Below, one piece after another: positions 1 through 8,110 of a DNA stretch of 42,292 bases. The DNA is taken from the IMG/VR virus record IMGVR_UViG_3300032212_000613, positions 1-42,292 of that record; one strand, given 5' to 3'. This DNA is from a virus. Lineage: Duplodnaviria; Caudoviricetes. The notes below the pieces were generated by a model, which was not told where the DNA came from, searched no databases, and saw nothing but the letters and a program-made list of their open reading frames with translations. The position numbers and the translations under genes were made by a program. Numbering within the stretch: position 1 is the first letter of the stretch; every line of letters begins with the position of its first letter.

Positions 1-76
1 ACAGCGCAAAAAGAAAGCGCTTGTGTGAACAAGTGCCGACATCTGCTACCGGGCCAGCCCCGGTATACATTATTGA

Positions 77-153
<77 letters not shown>

Positions 154-157
154 AAAT

Positions 158-192
158 AAAGCCCTTAACTCAATGAGTTAGGGGCTTTTTTG
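158..192 (+). terminator. Rho-independent terminator after the tRNA (possibly bidirectional)
   Basis: AAAGCCCTTAACTC-AAT-GAGTTAGGGGCTTT hairpin followed by a T run. Confidence 0.8.
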
Positions 193-219
193 ATTCTTAG
201 GATATGTGCCGAAATGGCC

Positions 220-241
220 CACTGGAATCACTATGGAATCA
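220..241. repeat. Tandem direct repeat TGGAATCA x2, possible integrase arm-type sites
   Basis: TGGAATCA at 223-230 and 234-241 (11-bp period), about 70 bp inside the tRNA 3' end. Confidence 0.4.
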
Positions 242-270
242 TGCGGGAGCGAAAAACTGCGTAAAAGTTG

Positions 271-981
271 CTATTTCTGATTCCATGCCCATTTAAACCC
301 CTTTGGGCTCAGGGGCTGATGACCTGGAATATACTTGAACCAATTCTCTACTCCTTGCGCCTGTGCTTCAGTAAGAAATAGACGCTTGTGGAGAGAGGCT
401 TGAATATCTTTCAGCCAGTCCTGCTTTTCCGACGGTAAGGACAAGAGCGTTCGTTCGATACAGCAATCATAACCGTAAACAGCTTGGAGGTTGTCAAAAC
501 CAAATTTTGTTCCGACGCTCTTTCGTACAACATTGAGAAGATGAGCAATGCTGTCTTCTGGCAAGGAATTAGTCTCTTCAAACATATCAGCGTAGGCGGA
601 AAAACGCCCGTAGCCTGCTGCTGGAATATGGGCCAACTTCCGCTGTCGAAGAAGCAGATAGGTGACCGCCCGACGGAATTGCTTATCAGCTATGTTCGTA
701 TCATTATTTCCGCCATGTTTAGTGCCGGTGCTTCCACGCCCCGTCCCAGGTTCATTTTCTGGACCTGGGGCAGCCTTAGTGAAATCAGGAATCTCTCTAA
801 GTAAACGTTGTCCTTCGGGATCAAGAGCATTTTTTGCGCATATGGGCCCGTATGGAAATTCTTGTCCAAGATTATCTCGCAAAATTATTGCCACGTTGGA
901 TGTCAGCTTACGAGGGCAAACATGGCAGGTCTCATCAAAAACGAAATCTCTTCGAATAGGAGTGAATGCTGTATTGGACAT
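271..981 (-). CDS. Hypothetical protein with N-terminal putative Zn-ribbon (CHVC...GPIC)
   Basis: 236 aa; ATG directly follows the immA-like stop with a GGAGG RBS. Confidence 0.75.
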   Translation of the reverse strand: MSNTAFTPIRRDFVFDETCHVCPRKLTSNVAIILRDNLGQEFPYGPICAKNALDPEGQRLLREIPDFTKAAPGPENEPGTGRGSTGTKHGGNNDTNIADKQFRRAVTYLLLRQRKLAHIPAAGYGRFSAYADMFEETNSLPEDSIAHLLNVVRKSVGTKFGFDNLQAVYGYDCCIERTLLSLPSEKQDWLKDIQASLHKRLFLTEAQAQGVENWFKYIPGHQPLSPKGFKWAWNQK

Positions 982-1914
982 TTATCCCCTCCATTCAAAC
1001 TGATCGAAGGTATCCCAATCCCGTGGGCCGTCATCTAATGGGGAAGTGGGAGTATCTTCGAACAGTAGGATTGAAATTGACTGTCCAAGCCTGTTGGAAA
1101 ACACGGTCAATTCCTCCACGGGTTCGTTGACGCGTGGAAAACACCATATGCCGTTTGGCAGCTGAATAGCTTTATTAGTCTCGCCATACTGGGCTTCCGG
1201 CCCTTGGCCTGCAATGGACCCGTTAGGGATCGTCATCCCTGATTTGATGAAGACCCCCGTTTTGAGGGCAGCTTGGCTGGCGCGTCCCCACAGAGCATAG
1301 CCGTCTCGGGCCACTACCATGGCAGCCCGCATATGGGTGAAATCGATCCACTTTCGAATGGCTGCGGTCAAAGATACGCCATACCTGTCAGTTATATGGC
1401 CGAGCAGGTCAATCGTAATCTCCTCGCCATCGACCTGTTGGCGATAGTCGTTCATAGGCATCAAAAGATAAGAAGCGAAAGTATCCGCTTCCTCTTCCTG
1501 GATTTGATGACTTTTGCCCCAGAGATTCCTTTCCAATGGTGTGCAGGAAAATTCTTGCTGTGCTTCAGGGGAGATGACTTTGTCCGCAAAGTCAGATGCA
1601 GATAGTGGCTTACGGTGAAGAAGGTAGTGGCCAAATTCATGAGCCAATGTAAACCGTTCACGGCCTGGATATTCTGTATTCGTATTGTGGATGATGTGCC
1701 ATTCGGCTTTTTTCTTATGGTGCCGCAGCATGCCCTCGAAGCCTTCCAAGTCACCGCCGACAACCTTGGTAATAGGATCTTCGTGGTTTTTGGATCTCTC
1801 CATAGCCAATTCCCCAACATCCACTGGGAATCGCTCTTGGCCCAAAACCATGTCGAGCATGTTGGATAAATCGTTGGCAACCTTCGCGGGGGATTTTCCG
1901 ATAGTATCGGTCAT
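982..1914 (-). CDS. ImmA/IrrE family zinc metallopeptidase (CapP-like)
   Basis: R-ERFTLAHEFGH (HExxH), downstream EEEADTFASYLLMP, YGVSLTAA helix motif. Confidence 0.92.
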   Translation of the reverse strand: MTDTIGKSPAKVANDLSNMLDMVLGQERFPVDVGELAMERSKNHEDPITKVVGGDLEGFEGMLRHHKKKAEWHIIHNTNTEYPGRERFTLAHEFGHYLLHRKPLSASDFADKVISPEAQQEFSCTPLERNLWGKSHQIQEEEADTFASYLLMPMNDYRQQVDGEEITIDLLGHITDRYGVSLTAAIRKWIDFTHMRAAMVVARDGYALWGRASQAALKTGVFIKSGMTIPNGSIAGQGPEAQYGETNKAIQLPNGIWCFPRVNEPVEELTVFSNRLGQSISILLFEDTPTSPLDDGPRDWDTFDQFEWRG

Positions 1915-2237
1915 TCATCCTCGTCTTCATCTAGGAGCTCCAGCATTCGCTTGAGCTTTTGTTTTGTCTTGTCCGGCATTCCTCTGTATTTGCGGAAAAA
2001 CTCCTGATCAGACGCATCGATTTCCGACACATTTTCTGAGGCCAGAAGGTATTCCATAGTGGTGTCTAAAGCCTGCGCAATGGCTTGCAATTTTTCTGCC
2101 GACGGGCGAGCAGAGTCTTTGTTTTCAAGCTCCCACATATAACTTTTGCCAGATCCAATCGCTCCAGCAAGCTGTTCAAGAGTCAGCCCTTTTTTCAGGC
2201 GTTGTTCTCGAATCCTCTCTCCGAGTGGCGTAGGCAT
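1911..2237 (-). CDS. XRE-family HTH repressor (CapH/ImmR-like), 108 aa
   Basis: LGERIREQRLKKGLTLEQLA...KSYMWELEN...PSAEKLQAIAQAL; start at 2237 with GGAGGA RBS; 4-nt overlap with the peptidase. Confidence 0.92.
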   Translation of the reverse strand: MPTPLGERIREQRLKKGLTLEQLAGAIGSGKSYMWELENKDSARPSAEKLQAIAQALDTTMEYLLASENVSEIDASDQEFFRKYRGMPDKTKQKLKRMLELLDEDEDE

Positions 2238-2294
2238 TATTCCTCCCATTATTCGCCAAAAACCGTAGGTTCGGTATAGCGTTATTTCTAATCC

Positions 2295-2323
2295 TTGACA
2301 AGCATCACTGTCCGACATAGATT
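2295..2323 (+). promoter_or_regulatory. Sigma70-type promoter of the rightward operon
   Basis: TTGACA (2295-2300), 17-bp spacer, TAGATT (2318-2323). Confidence 0.65.
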
Positions 2324-2406
2324 CGCCAAGGTTCGCTACAGCATTACTTTTGTTGATGTAGTGGCAGAATTTTGTGAAACAAGATTGTTCAATGAAAGGA
2401 ACAAGC

Positions 2407-2676
2407 ATGGCTCGAAAAGAACGAGTAACCCGTGTGATTGATGGTGACACTTTTGAAACCGCCAGCCGTAAACGCCCTATCCGCCTTGCTAATGTGGATG
2501 CTCCGGAAAAGGGAACCCGTGGCGGTGCTGCTGCGACCAAGGCATTGAAATCGATGATTGAGGGAGAAACCGTTTCCGTTGATACGGTCGCTCGCGACGT
2601 CTATGGCCGTTCAGTTGCCAAGGTCAAATTGGGTCGCCGCTCTGTCAACAAGGCGGTCAAAGATCGCCTGAAGTAA
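2407..2676 (+). CDS. Short thermonuclease (SNase-like OB-fold) protein, 89 aa
   Basis: VIDGDT, IRLANVDAPE and RDVYGR motifs; AAAGGA RBS. Confidence 0.85.
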   Translation: MARKERVTRVIDGDTFETASRKRPIRLANVDAPEKGTRGGAAATKALKSMIEGETVSVDTVARDVYGRSVAKVKLGRRSVNKAVKDRLK

Positions 2677-2739
2677 TTCTAGAGGGGCCGATTCTCTAGG
2701 AATCGGGCTCAGTAACATTAAAGGCTAAGGAGATTTAGC

Positions 2740-3912
2740 ATGGCCTCAGTGACGACCTTCATTCGTAACACGCCTGCCTCGTCGCTGCAGGCATATTTTG
2801 AACACACGGGCATTGCACTTTCGAACCCGATTAACTGGGATGGCCCAGAGCCCGAAGTGGTTAAAGGAACACTCCGGGCTGTCGATGACATGACAGACGA
2901 CGAACGCGCCCGTGTCCTCAATGATGCTGAGCGTGTTAGCGCCTTGGCAGATGACGCTGGGCAGACTGCGCTTTACAGTGTCGCCGAAGACCGAACTGTT
3001 TTGGATGATCTGGTCAACGGTCATGCGCGGTCGCTTTGGATGTTCCTGAATGCACCGACCTTGTTTCGCTTTGCCGAAGAGGTGCGTTTCACGGACGAGC
3101 GTCGGCGTGGGCGTAGTTGGGATGGCTTTATGGCTCCCGCCAACCTTGATCTGAACCGTGATGCCGTGGCTCTTGAGGCATTCAAATCAGCTCTGCGGGA
3201 GCGGTTTTCCTCCAATAACATTCACATCGATGTTTTTAGCCGTCATCGCCCTACCTTTGATGGTGAAGACTGTGAATTGGTGCAGATCGTCATCTACCGG
3301 GAGGGGCTTCCCGATGCCTTTTTGGCGTTCGATGATGAAGGTGAATTAGTGCGCCGTGCGCGTCGGCCTGTATTTGAGGCGGCGATGACCTATGAACCGG
3401 AAACTGGCGTAATTGAGGTTGTGGCCAATGACCGCGAAAGCCGCGAAGAAATGGCGCGGTACATGGCGCGTGACCTGCTTGGCGTGGAGTTTCAGAGTGA
3501 GAAGGTTCCGCTTCGGAACTATGACCTATCGGTTCTCTTGGCCCCCCATCCGTTCCAGACGGATCCAGACGACGGGATTGAGTCTGTGGAGGTGAAGCAT
3601 TTGCGTTTGATGCCGTTCGATAACAATGGCGAGCGCGTCACTCTTGAATGCTTGCGCAAAGCGGATCGGACCATCTGGAAAATGTCGGCAGACCGGTTCG
3701 GCGCAAACGACCCTCTGGCTGGCGGCTGGGTAGCAACCCAGGCCAAATTGACCATCAAATTCCATCCTAAGGGTTCGTCAAAACGTGGACGCACTTTGCC
3801 GCTGACGATCACCATGCCGCACGGGTGTAACTTGAAGGATCAAACAGAAGAGGAGCAGTTGATTGGTGAGAGGTATCTGCGCCGTTGGGGCATCTTGAAT
3901 GACGTTGACTAA
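2740..3912 (+). CDS. Hypothetical protein, 390 aa, no recognised domain
   Basis: Long ORF with AAGGAG RBS, overlaps the next gene. Confidence 0.85.
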   Translation: MASVTTFIRNTPASSLQAYFEHTGIALSNPINWDGPEPEVVKGTLRAVDDMTDDERARVLNDAERVSALADDAGQTALYSVAEDRTVLDDLVNGHARSLWMFLNAPTLFRFAEEVRFTDERRRGRSWDGFMAPANLDLNRDAVALEAFKSALRERFSSNNIHIDVFSRHRPTFDGEDCELVQIVIYREGLPDAFLAFDDEGELVRRARRPVFEAAMTYEPETGVIEVVANDRESREEMARYMARDLLGVEFQSEKVPLRNYDLSVLLAPHPFQTDPDDGIESVEVKHLRLMPFDNNGERVTLECLRKADRTIWKMSADRFGANDPLAGGWVATQAKLTIKFHPKGSSKRGRTLPLTITMPHGCNLKDQTEEEQLIGERYLRRWGILNDVD

Positions 3913-4843
3913 TGTGGTGCCGTTTTCCAGGTCAGATGTCCAACTGGTGCAGTCAATCCTGCAGACACCTGATGCGTTGATCACCGGTGTGGCTTTGGAT
4001 GGATTTCATAGTCGTTCGGCAGAAGCGCTGAAGGTATCAGGTGTCTTGCAACCGGACGGGCATCAGCTTGCAGCAGTTTCGCTTTCTGACCATGACGATG
4101 AAGCCATCACTGTAACCTGGTCGCCGGAGGAGGGTGGCTACGGCTATTTCAGTCCGTCTGCCGGATGGGTGGCAGTGCCTTCCGACAGGCTCACATCCTT
4201 TTCGGTCAACTATTCCGTATTGTTTCAGCTTGTGTTGAAGGCTCTGGGTGTTTCGTCACAGAACGATCCGGAAGAATTGGTGCCGGGTCTGGTTTGGGAA
4301 GTAGGGGATGTCCGCTTGCCCGGTCGTGCCAAGCGTATCCCGATCTGGATTGCTCGGCGACTTGCGGTCCCAGCTGTCTGGTCGGCGTTTGCTAATACTG
4401 CGAAGGAGAGACCAGCTCCAGGTTTGCGGGTAGTCATAAATTTGACGGCAGGCCGTGTGAACGAGGCGACTTTCCGTGGCCATGAGATCATCAATCTTCA
4501 TGACGTCATCGGAGCTGGTCTGGAAATAGATCCAGACATTTTGGTAGCTCGAGTTTCTTCTGGAGCCCCGATCTCCGATGCTCCGATCATGGTCAATGCG
4601 GACGGTGCTTCGGTCAATGTTCGGGGCAAAATGTATTCTTTTACCGGTGTGAAACAACGGGCCATCATTCGTCATCTGTACCAGGCATGGCAATCGGGCG
4701 AACCTAAATGCCAGAAGATGGTTGTCTTTGAGGCTGCGGAATGTGGTGCCACGGTGAATACACTCGCAAAAGCCTTCTCTGGGAGGTCAGATTGGCGGGA
4801 GTTTATCCAGGAAAAGGACGGATATTGTTGGATCTCGCTTTGA
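3899..4843 (+). CDS. Hypothetical protein with C-terminal putative winged-helix DNA-binding domain
   Basis: 314 aa; C-terminal beta-strands plus KQRAIIRHLYQAW helix and terminal hairpin resemble OmpR-type wHTH topology (pattern only). Confidence 0.75.
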   Translation: MTLTNVVPFSRSDVQLVQSILQTPDALITGVALDGFHSRSAEALKVSGVLQPDGHQLAAVSLSDHDDEAITVTWSPEEGGYGYFSPSAGWVAVPSDRLTSFSVNYSVLFQLVLKALGVSSQNDPEELVPGLVWEVGDVRLPGRAKRIPIWIARRLAVPAVWSAFANTAKERPAPGLRVVINLTAGRVNEATFRGHEIINLHDVIGAGLEIDPDILVARVSSGAPISDAPIMVNADGASVNVRGKMYSFTGVKQRAIIRHLYQAWQSGEPKCQKMVVFEAAECGATVNTLAKAFSGRSDWREFIQEKDGYCWISL

Positions 4844-4873
4844 GGTGAAAAAATAAATTCTTCAAAAATGATG

Positions 4874-4919
4874 TTGGAGTACTCCGAAAATGGAGTTATA
4901 TTGAATTCAGAAATGGAGG
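4874..4919 (+). promoter_or_regulatory. Promoter/operator of the Xre-RES pair
   Basis: TTGGAG-N17-TATATT overlapped by palindrome GGAGTACTCC (4876-4885) and ACTCC-N6-GGAGT (4881-4896). Confidence 0.55.
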
Positions 4920-4924
4920 TGCAA

Positions 4925-5362
4925 ATGGCTTTCTCTCATGCTTATCCCGCTACTCGGCACCAGATTGCCCCGTTAATCGATTTATCTGATCGAGCTGAAC
5001 GTGATCGTCTGAGCTCCGGAGCTATCCGGGCATTTTTCAATATCATGGAGCAGTGGAAGGTCCGCGATGAAGCGGCCAGGCAATTGCTCGGTGGGGTCTC
5101 CAATGGGGCCTTTTACGCCTTGAAAAAGGGTGGAGATCGCACGTTGGACGAAGACAAGCTGCGCCGAATCTCCTATCTGGTCGGTATCTTCAAAGCTTTA
5201 AACATCATCTATAGCGAGGAGCTTGCCGATAAATGGATGCAGCTTCCCAACAAAAATCGGATCTTTGGCGGGATGACCCCTAAAGACTATTTAGTCCATG
5301 GGGGGCTTCCAGCTTTCGCGACCGTTAGAAAGCTTCTTGATGCTCGGCGGGGTGGCCATTGA
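4925..5362 (+). CDS. Xre/MbcA/ParS-type antitoxin
   Basis: HTH-like N-terminus and WMQLPNKNRIFGGMTP...LLDARRGG toxin-binding motif; GGAGGT RBS. Confidence 0.88.
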   Translation: MAFSHAYPATRHQIAPLIDLSDRAERDRLSSGAIRAFFNIMEQWKVRDEAARQLLGGVSNGAFYALKKGGDRTLDEDKLRRISYLVGIFKALNIIYSEELADKWMQLPNKNRIFGGMTPKDYLVHGGLPAFATVRKLLDARRGGH

Positions 5363-6051
5363 GCTTTCCCGGTACAAGCAGGATCCGCCAACTCGATACT
5401 CATCGGATGATTCCTTCGAAATACAGTGAGAACGGGGACAGTGTCCTCGTTCGCATTGCCGATGATGACGACCACCTCCAGAGCATCTTCGATCTGGATC
5501 ACGCTACAAATGATCGACTACTTGCAGAAAATGATCTGCTTCCCGGAATCGGTGTTGATGAGTTGGTATTCAGTGTTCCGTCTTACCGGATCATCAATGC
5601 AGCATTTACACACGCCCACCCACTGGGAAGCCGGTTTAATGGTCCGGATCGGGGTGCATGGTACGCGGGATTTGAGTTGGAAACATCACAAGCTGAGATC
5701 GCCTGGCACAAGTCGTTAGAACTTGCCGAAGTCGATTGGCTGAATGAAAGCGTCACTTATGATGATTACCTAGCTGACTTCGGCGGTGAATATCATGATA
5801 TCCGAGGAGATGATAGATTTTCCGATTGCCTGAGCGTCGACAGCTATGTTGCATCTCAAGGATTGGCCGATCGGCTTCTCGCTGAAGCTTCCCCAGGCGT
5901 GATATATCCAAGTGTGCGTCATGCCGGTGGCGATTGTCTTGCCTGCTTCCGCCCCGCCCTTGTTGGCAATGTTCGGAAAAGCGCTCGATATCGTTTTACA
6001 TGGACTGGTAAACCCGAGCCCGAAATTGAGCTTGAAGAGTCCTATATCTGA
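5359..6051 (+). CDS. RES-domain toxin (NAD+ phosphorylase family)
   Basis: GSRFN...GAWYAG...AEIAWH...YVASQ...GVIYPSVR motifs (R, E, S); overlaps the antitoxin stop. Confidence 0.9.
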   Translation: MSFPGTSRIRQLDTHRMIPSKYSENGDSVLVRIADDDDHLQSIFDLDHATNDRLLAENDLLPGIGVDELVFSVPSYRIINAAFTHAHPLGSRFNGPDRGAWYAGFELETSQAEIAWHKSLELAEVDWLNESVTYDDYLADFGGEYHDIRGDDRFSDCLSVDSYVASQGLADRLLAEASPGVIYPSVRHAGGDCLACFRPALVGNVRKSARYRFTWTGKPEPEIELEESYI

Positions 6052-6080
6052 CCCGTTGAAAGTCTTTTAAATCATCTATG

Positions 6081-6106
6081 AGCCGTCCCATTGGGGCGGC
6101 TTTTTT
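6081..6106 (+). terminator. Rho-independent terminator
   Basis: AGCCGTCCC-ATT-GGGGCGGCT followed by a T run. Confidence 0.75.
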
Positions 6107-6131
6107 CGTTTCCGGCATCGATAAGGTGATT

Positions 6132-6171
6132 CCTACCTTCTGCCCTACCTTCCGCCTCCCCGGCTCCTCCC
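6132..6171 (+). repeat. Four phased CCT(A/C)CC direct repeats upstream of the early operon
   Basis: CCTACC at 6132 and 6144, CCTCCC at 6155 and 6166; spacing 12/11/11 bp. Confidence 0.65.
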
Positions 6172-6225
6172 CCCACAACCGCCATTCTCCTCCCAGGTTT
6201 TCGAACAGCCCCCAAGGAGGACTCC

Positions 6226-6435
6226 ATGGCTATTAAACATCTCAATCAGATCGAATTGGCCGATCGCTGGAATATCAGCGAGCGCACGCTTGAGCGCTGG
6301 CGGTGGACCGGCGAAGGCCCCGCCTATCTCAAAATCGGTGGACGGGTCGTCTACCGGCTCGAAGACGTGGAAGCTTTTGAAGCAGACAACCTCTGCAAAA
6401 GCACCACCGAAACCCCGAACGATCTCTATGCGTAA
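6226..6435 (+). CDS. Excisionase/AlpA-like HTH DNA-binding protein
   Basis: LNQIELADRWNISERTLERWR...GPAYLKIGGRVVYRLEDV; AAGGAGG RBS. Confidence 0.88.
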   Translation: MAIKHLNQIELADRWNISERTLERWRWTGEGPAYLKIGGRVVYRLEDVEAFEADNLCKSTTETPNDLYA

Positions 6436-6445
6436 GGGGGCCGCT

Positions 6446-6934
6446 ATGAATATCCCCAACCGCATTCAAATTGATGATCTGAGCGCCATGGAGGTGGCGG
6501 ACATTGCCTCTCTGCCGGTCGAACAGCTGATCGCATTGCAAGGTGAAATTGCCGAACGCCTCACCATCACAAAGCTGATGAAGGATCGGTTCGACAGTGC
6601 CCTTGAGTGCCGTTTTTCCCTTCAGGCGAGAGAAGCTCGCGCAGCCCAGGGCAAAGACACGGGCACGGTTCGCTTCCATGAAGGTCTGGCGCAGGTCGTT
6701 GCCGATCTTCCCAAAAAGGTTTCCTGGGACCAATCCCAGCTGTCTCAGCTTGTCGAGCGCATGAAGGCCGAGGGCGATGACCCGGCTGAATACGTCGACA
6801 TCACCATCAAGGTTTCCGAACGCAAATACGCCGCATGGCCGAGCCACATCCGCTCGGCGTTTGAGGGCGCAAGGACTGTGCGTGTCGGCAAAGCCTCCTA
6901 CCAACTTTCCCTGAACGATGAGGTGCAATCATGA
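6446..6934 (+). CDS. Phage hypothetical protein (early operon)
   Basis: 162 aa, RBS-like AAGGGGG, ATGA coupling to the next gene. Confidence 0.8.
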   Translation: MNIPNRIQIDDLSAMEVADIASLPVEQLIALQGEIAERLTITKLMKDRFDSALECRFSLQAREARAAQGKDTGTVRFHEGLAQVVADLPKKVSWDQSQLSQLVERMKAEGDDPAEYVDITIKVSERKYAAWPSHIRSAFEGARTVRVGKASYQLSLNDEVQS

Positions 6935-7227
6935 CCGCCAAGACCAAACTCGAACGTCTGCGTGAAGACAACAGCTATCTCGCGGATATTCCCGATACCA
7001 TCCGGATCCCACCTTTGGGCGATCGCCAGGAAGAGGTGATCAAACCCATTGAGGTAGCGTCCATTGATGACATCGCTTTTGCCCAGCTGGCCCTGCAGGC
7101 CAAATCCTCTGCGCTTTACGGAGAAATCGATGCGCTGCGTCGGGTCTACGACATGGCCCGCAAGAACGGATCCTTGGGGGCAGACAATGCCCTTGATGCG
7201 GTGACTTCGAAGAAGGGGGGCAAGTGA
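6931..7227 (+). CDS. Phage hypothetical protein
   Basis: 98 aa, GAGGTG RBS, translationally coupled at both ends. Confidence 0.75.
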   Translation: MTAKTKLERLREDNSYLADIPDTIRIPPLGDRQEEVIKPIEVASIDDIAFAQLALQAKSSALYGEIDALRRVYDMARKNGSLGADNALDAVTSKKGGK

Positions 7228-8108
7228 TGACGCTTCCCATCATTTCCGCCGACGAACGGTTGTCTGAGCAGCGCGGCATTAAAGGCTGCATCTTCGGCAA
7301 ATCCGGTATCGGCAAAACCTCACTGCTTTGGACGTTGGATGCCCAGTCCACCTTGTTCTTTGATTTGGAGGCAGGGGATCTGGCGATCGAAGGTTGGTCA
7401 GGAGATACTATTCGCCCGCGCACCTGGATTGAATGCCGTGATTTCGCGGTCTTCATCGGCGGTCCAAACCCGGCCTTGCGTGACGATCAGGTCTATAGCC
7501 AGGCCCACTATGACGCGGTTTGTGAGCAGTTTGGCGATCCGGCAGCGCTGGATAAGTACCAGACGGTCTTTATCGACAGCATCACGGTTGCGGGACGTCT
7601 GTGTTTCCAATGGGCGAAAGGTCAGCCGCAGGCAATTTCTGAGCGCACCGGCAAGCCGGACATGCGCGGTGCTTATGGGCTCCACGGCCAGGAAATGATC
7701 GCCTGGCTCACGCACCTTCAGCACACTCGTGGCAAGAACGTTTGGTTTGTCGGAATCCTCGACGAGAAGCTTGATGATTTCAATCGTAAGACCTTCGTTC
7801 CCCAAATCGACGGCTCCAAGACCGGCAACGAACTGCCCGGCATCGTCGATGAAGTCATCGCCATGGCCGAAGTCAGCCCGGATGGCACGGATCCCTACAG
7901 AGCTTTTGTTTGCCACACGCTGAACCCGTTTGGCTTTCCCGCAAAGGATCGCAGCGGTCGGCTCGATCAAATCGAAGAACCCCACCTTGGACGTCTGATG
8001 GAAAAGATCAGCGGCCCTGCAAAACCGGCGGGTGAGAGGCTGACCTTTAGTCGCCCAGTACCACCTGCCGAGACCCCCAACCCTGAAGACGACAAAGGAG
8101 CACAGTAA
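7224..8108 (+). CDS. AAA_24 / Sak4-like ATPase (single-strand annealing protein candidate)
   Basis: Walker A GKSGIGKT, DLEAG, Walker B VFIDSIT, AKDRSG motif. Confidence 0.85.
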   Translation: MMTLPIISADERLSEQRGIKGCIFGKSGIGKTSLLWTLDAQSTLFFDLEAGDLAIEGWSGDTIRPRTWIECRDFAVFIGGPNPALRDDQVYSQAHYDAVCEQFGDPAALDKYQTVFIDSITVAGRLCFQWAKGQPQAISERTGKPDMRGAYGLHGQEMIAWLTHLQHTRGKNVWFVGILDEKLDDFNRKTFVPQIDGSKTGNELPGIVDEVIAMAEVSPDGTDPYRAFVCHTLNPFGFPAKDRSGRLDQIEEPHLGRLMEKISGPAKPAGERLTFSRPVPPAETPNPEDDKGAQ

Positions 8109-8110
8109 TT

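Noticed and set aside
2260-2340. Alphaproteobacterial LexA box (GTTC-N7-GTTC)
   Set aside because: Half-sites are imperfect and spaced 6 or 8 bp, not 7
2238-2540. N-terminal extension of the XRE ORF (209-aa call)
   Set aside because: Overlaps the divergent promoter and SNase gene; a strong RBS supports the start at 2237
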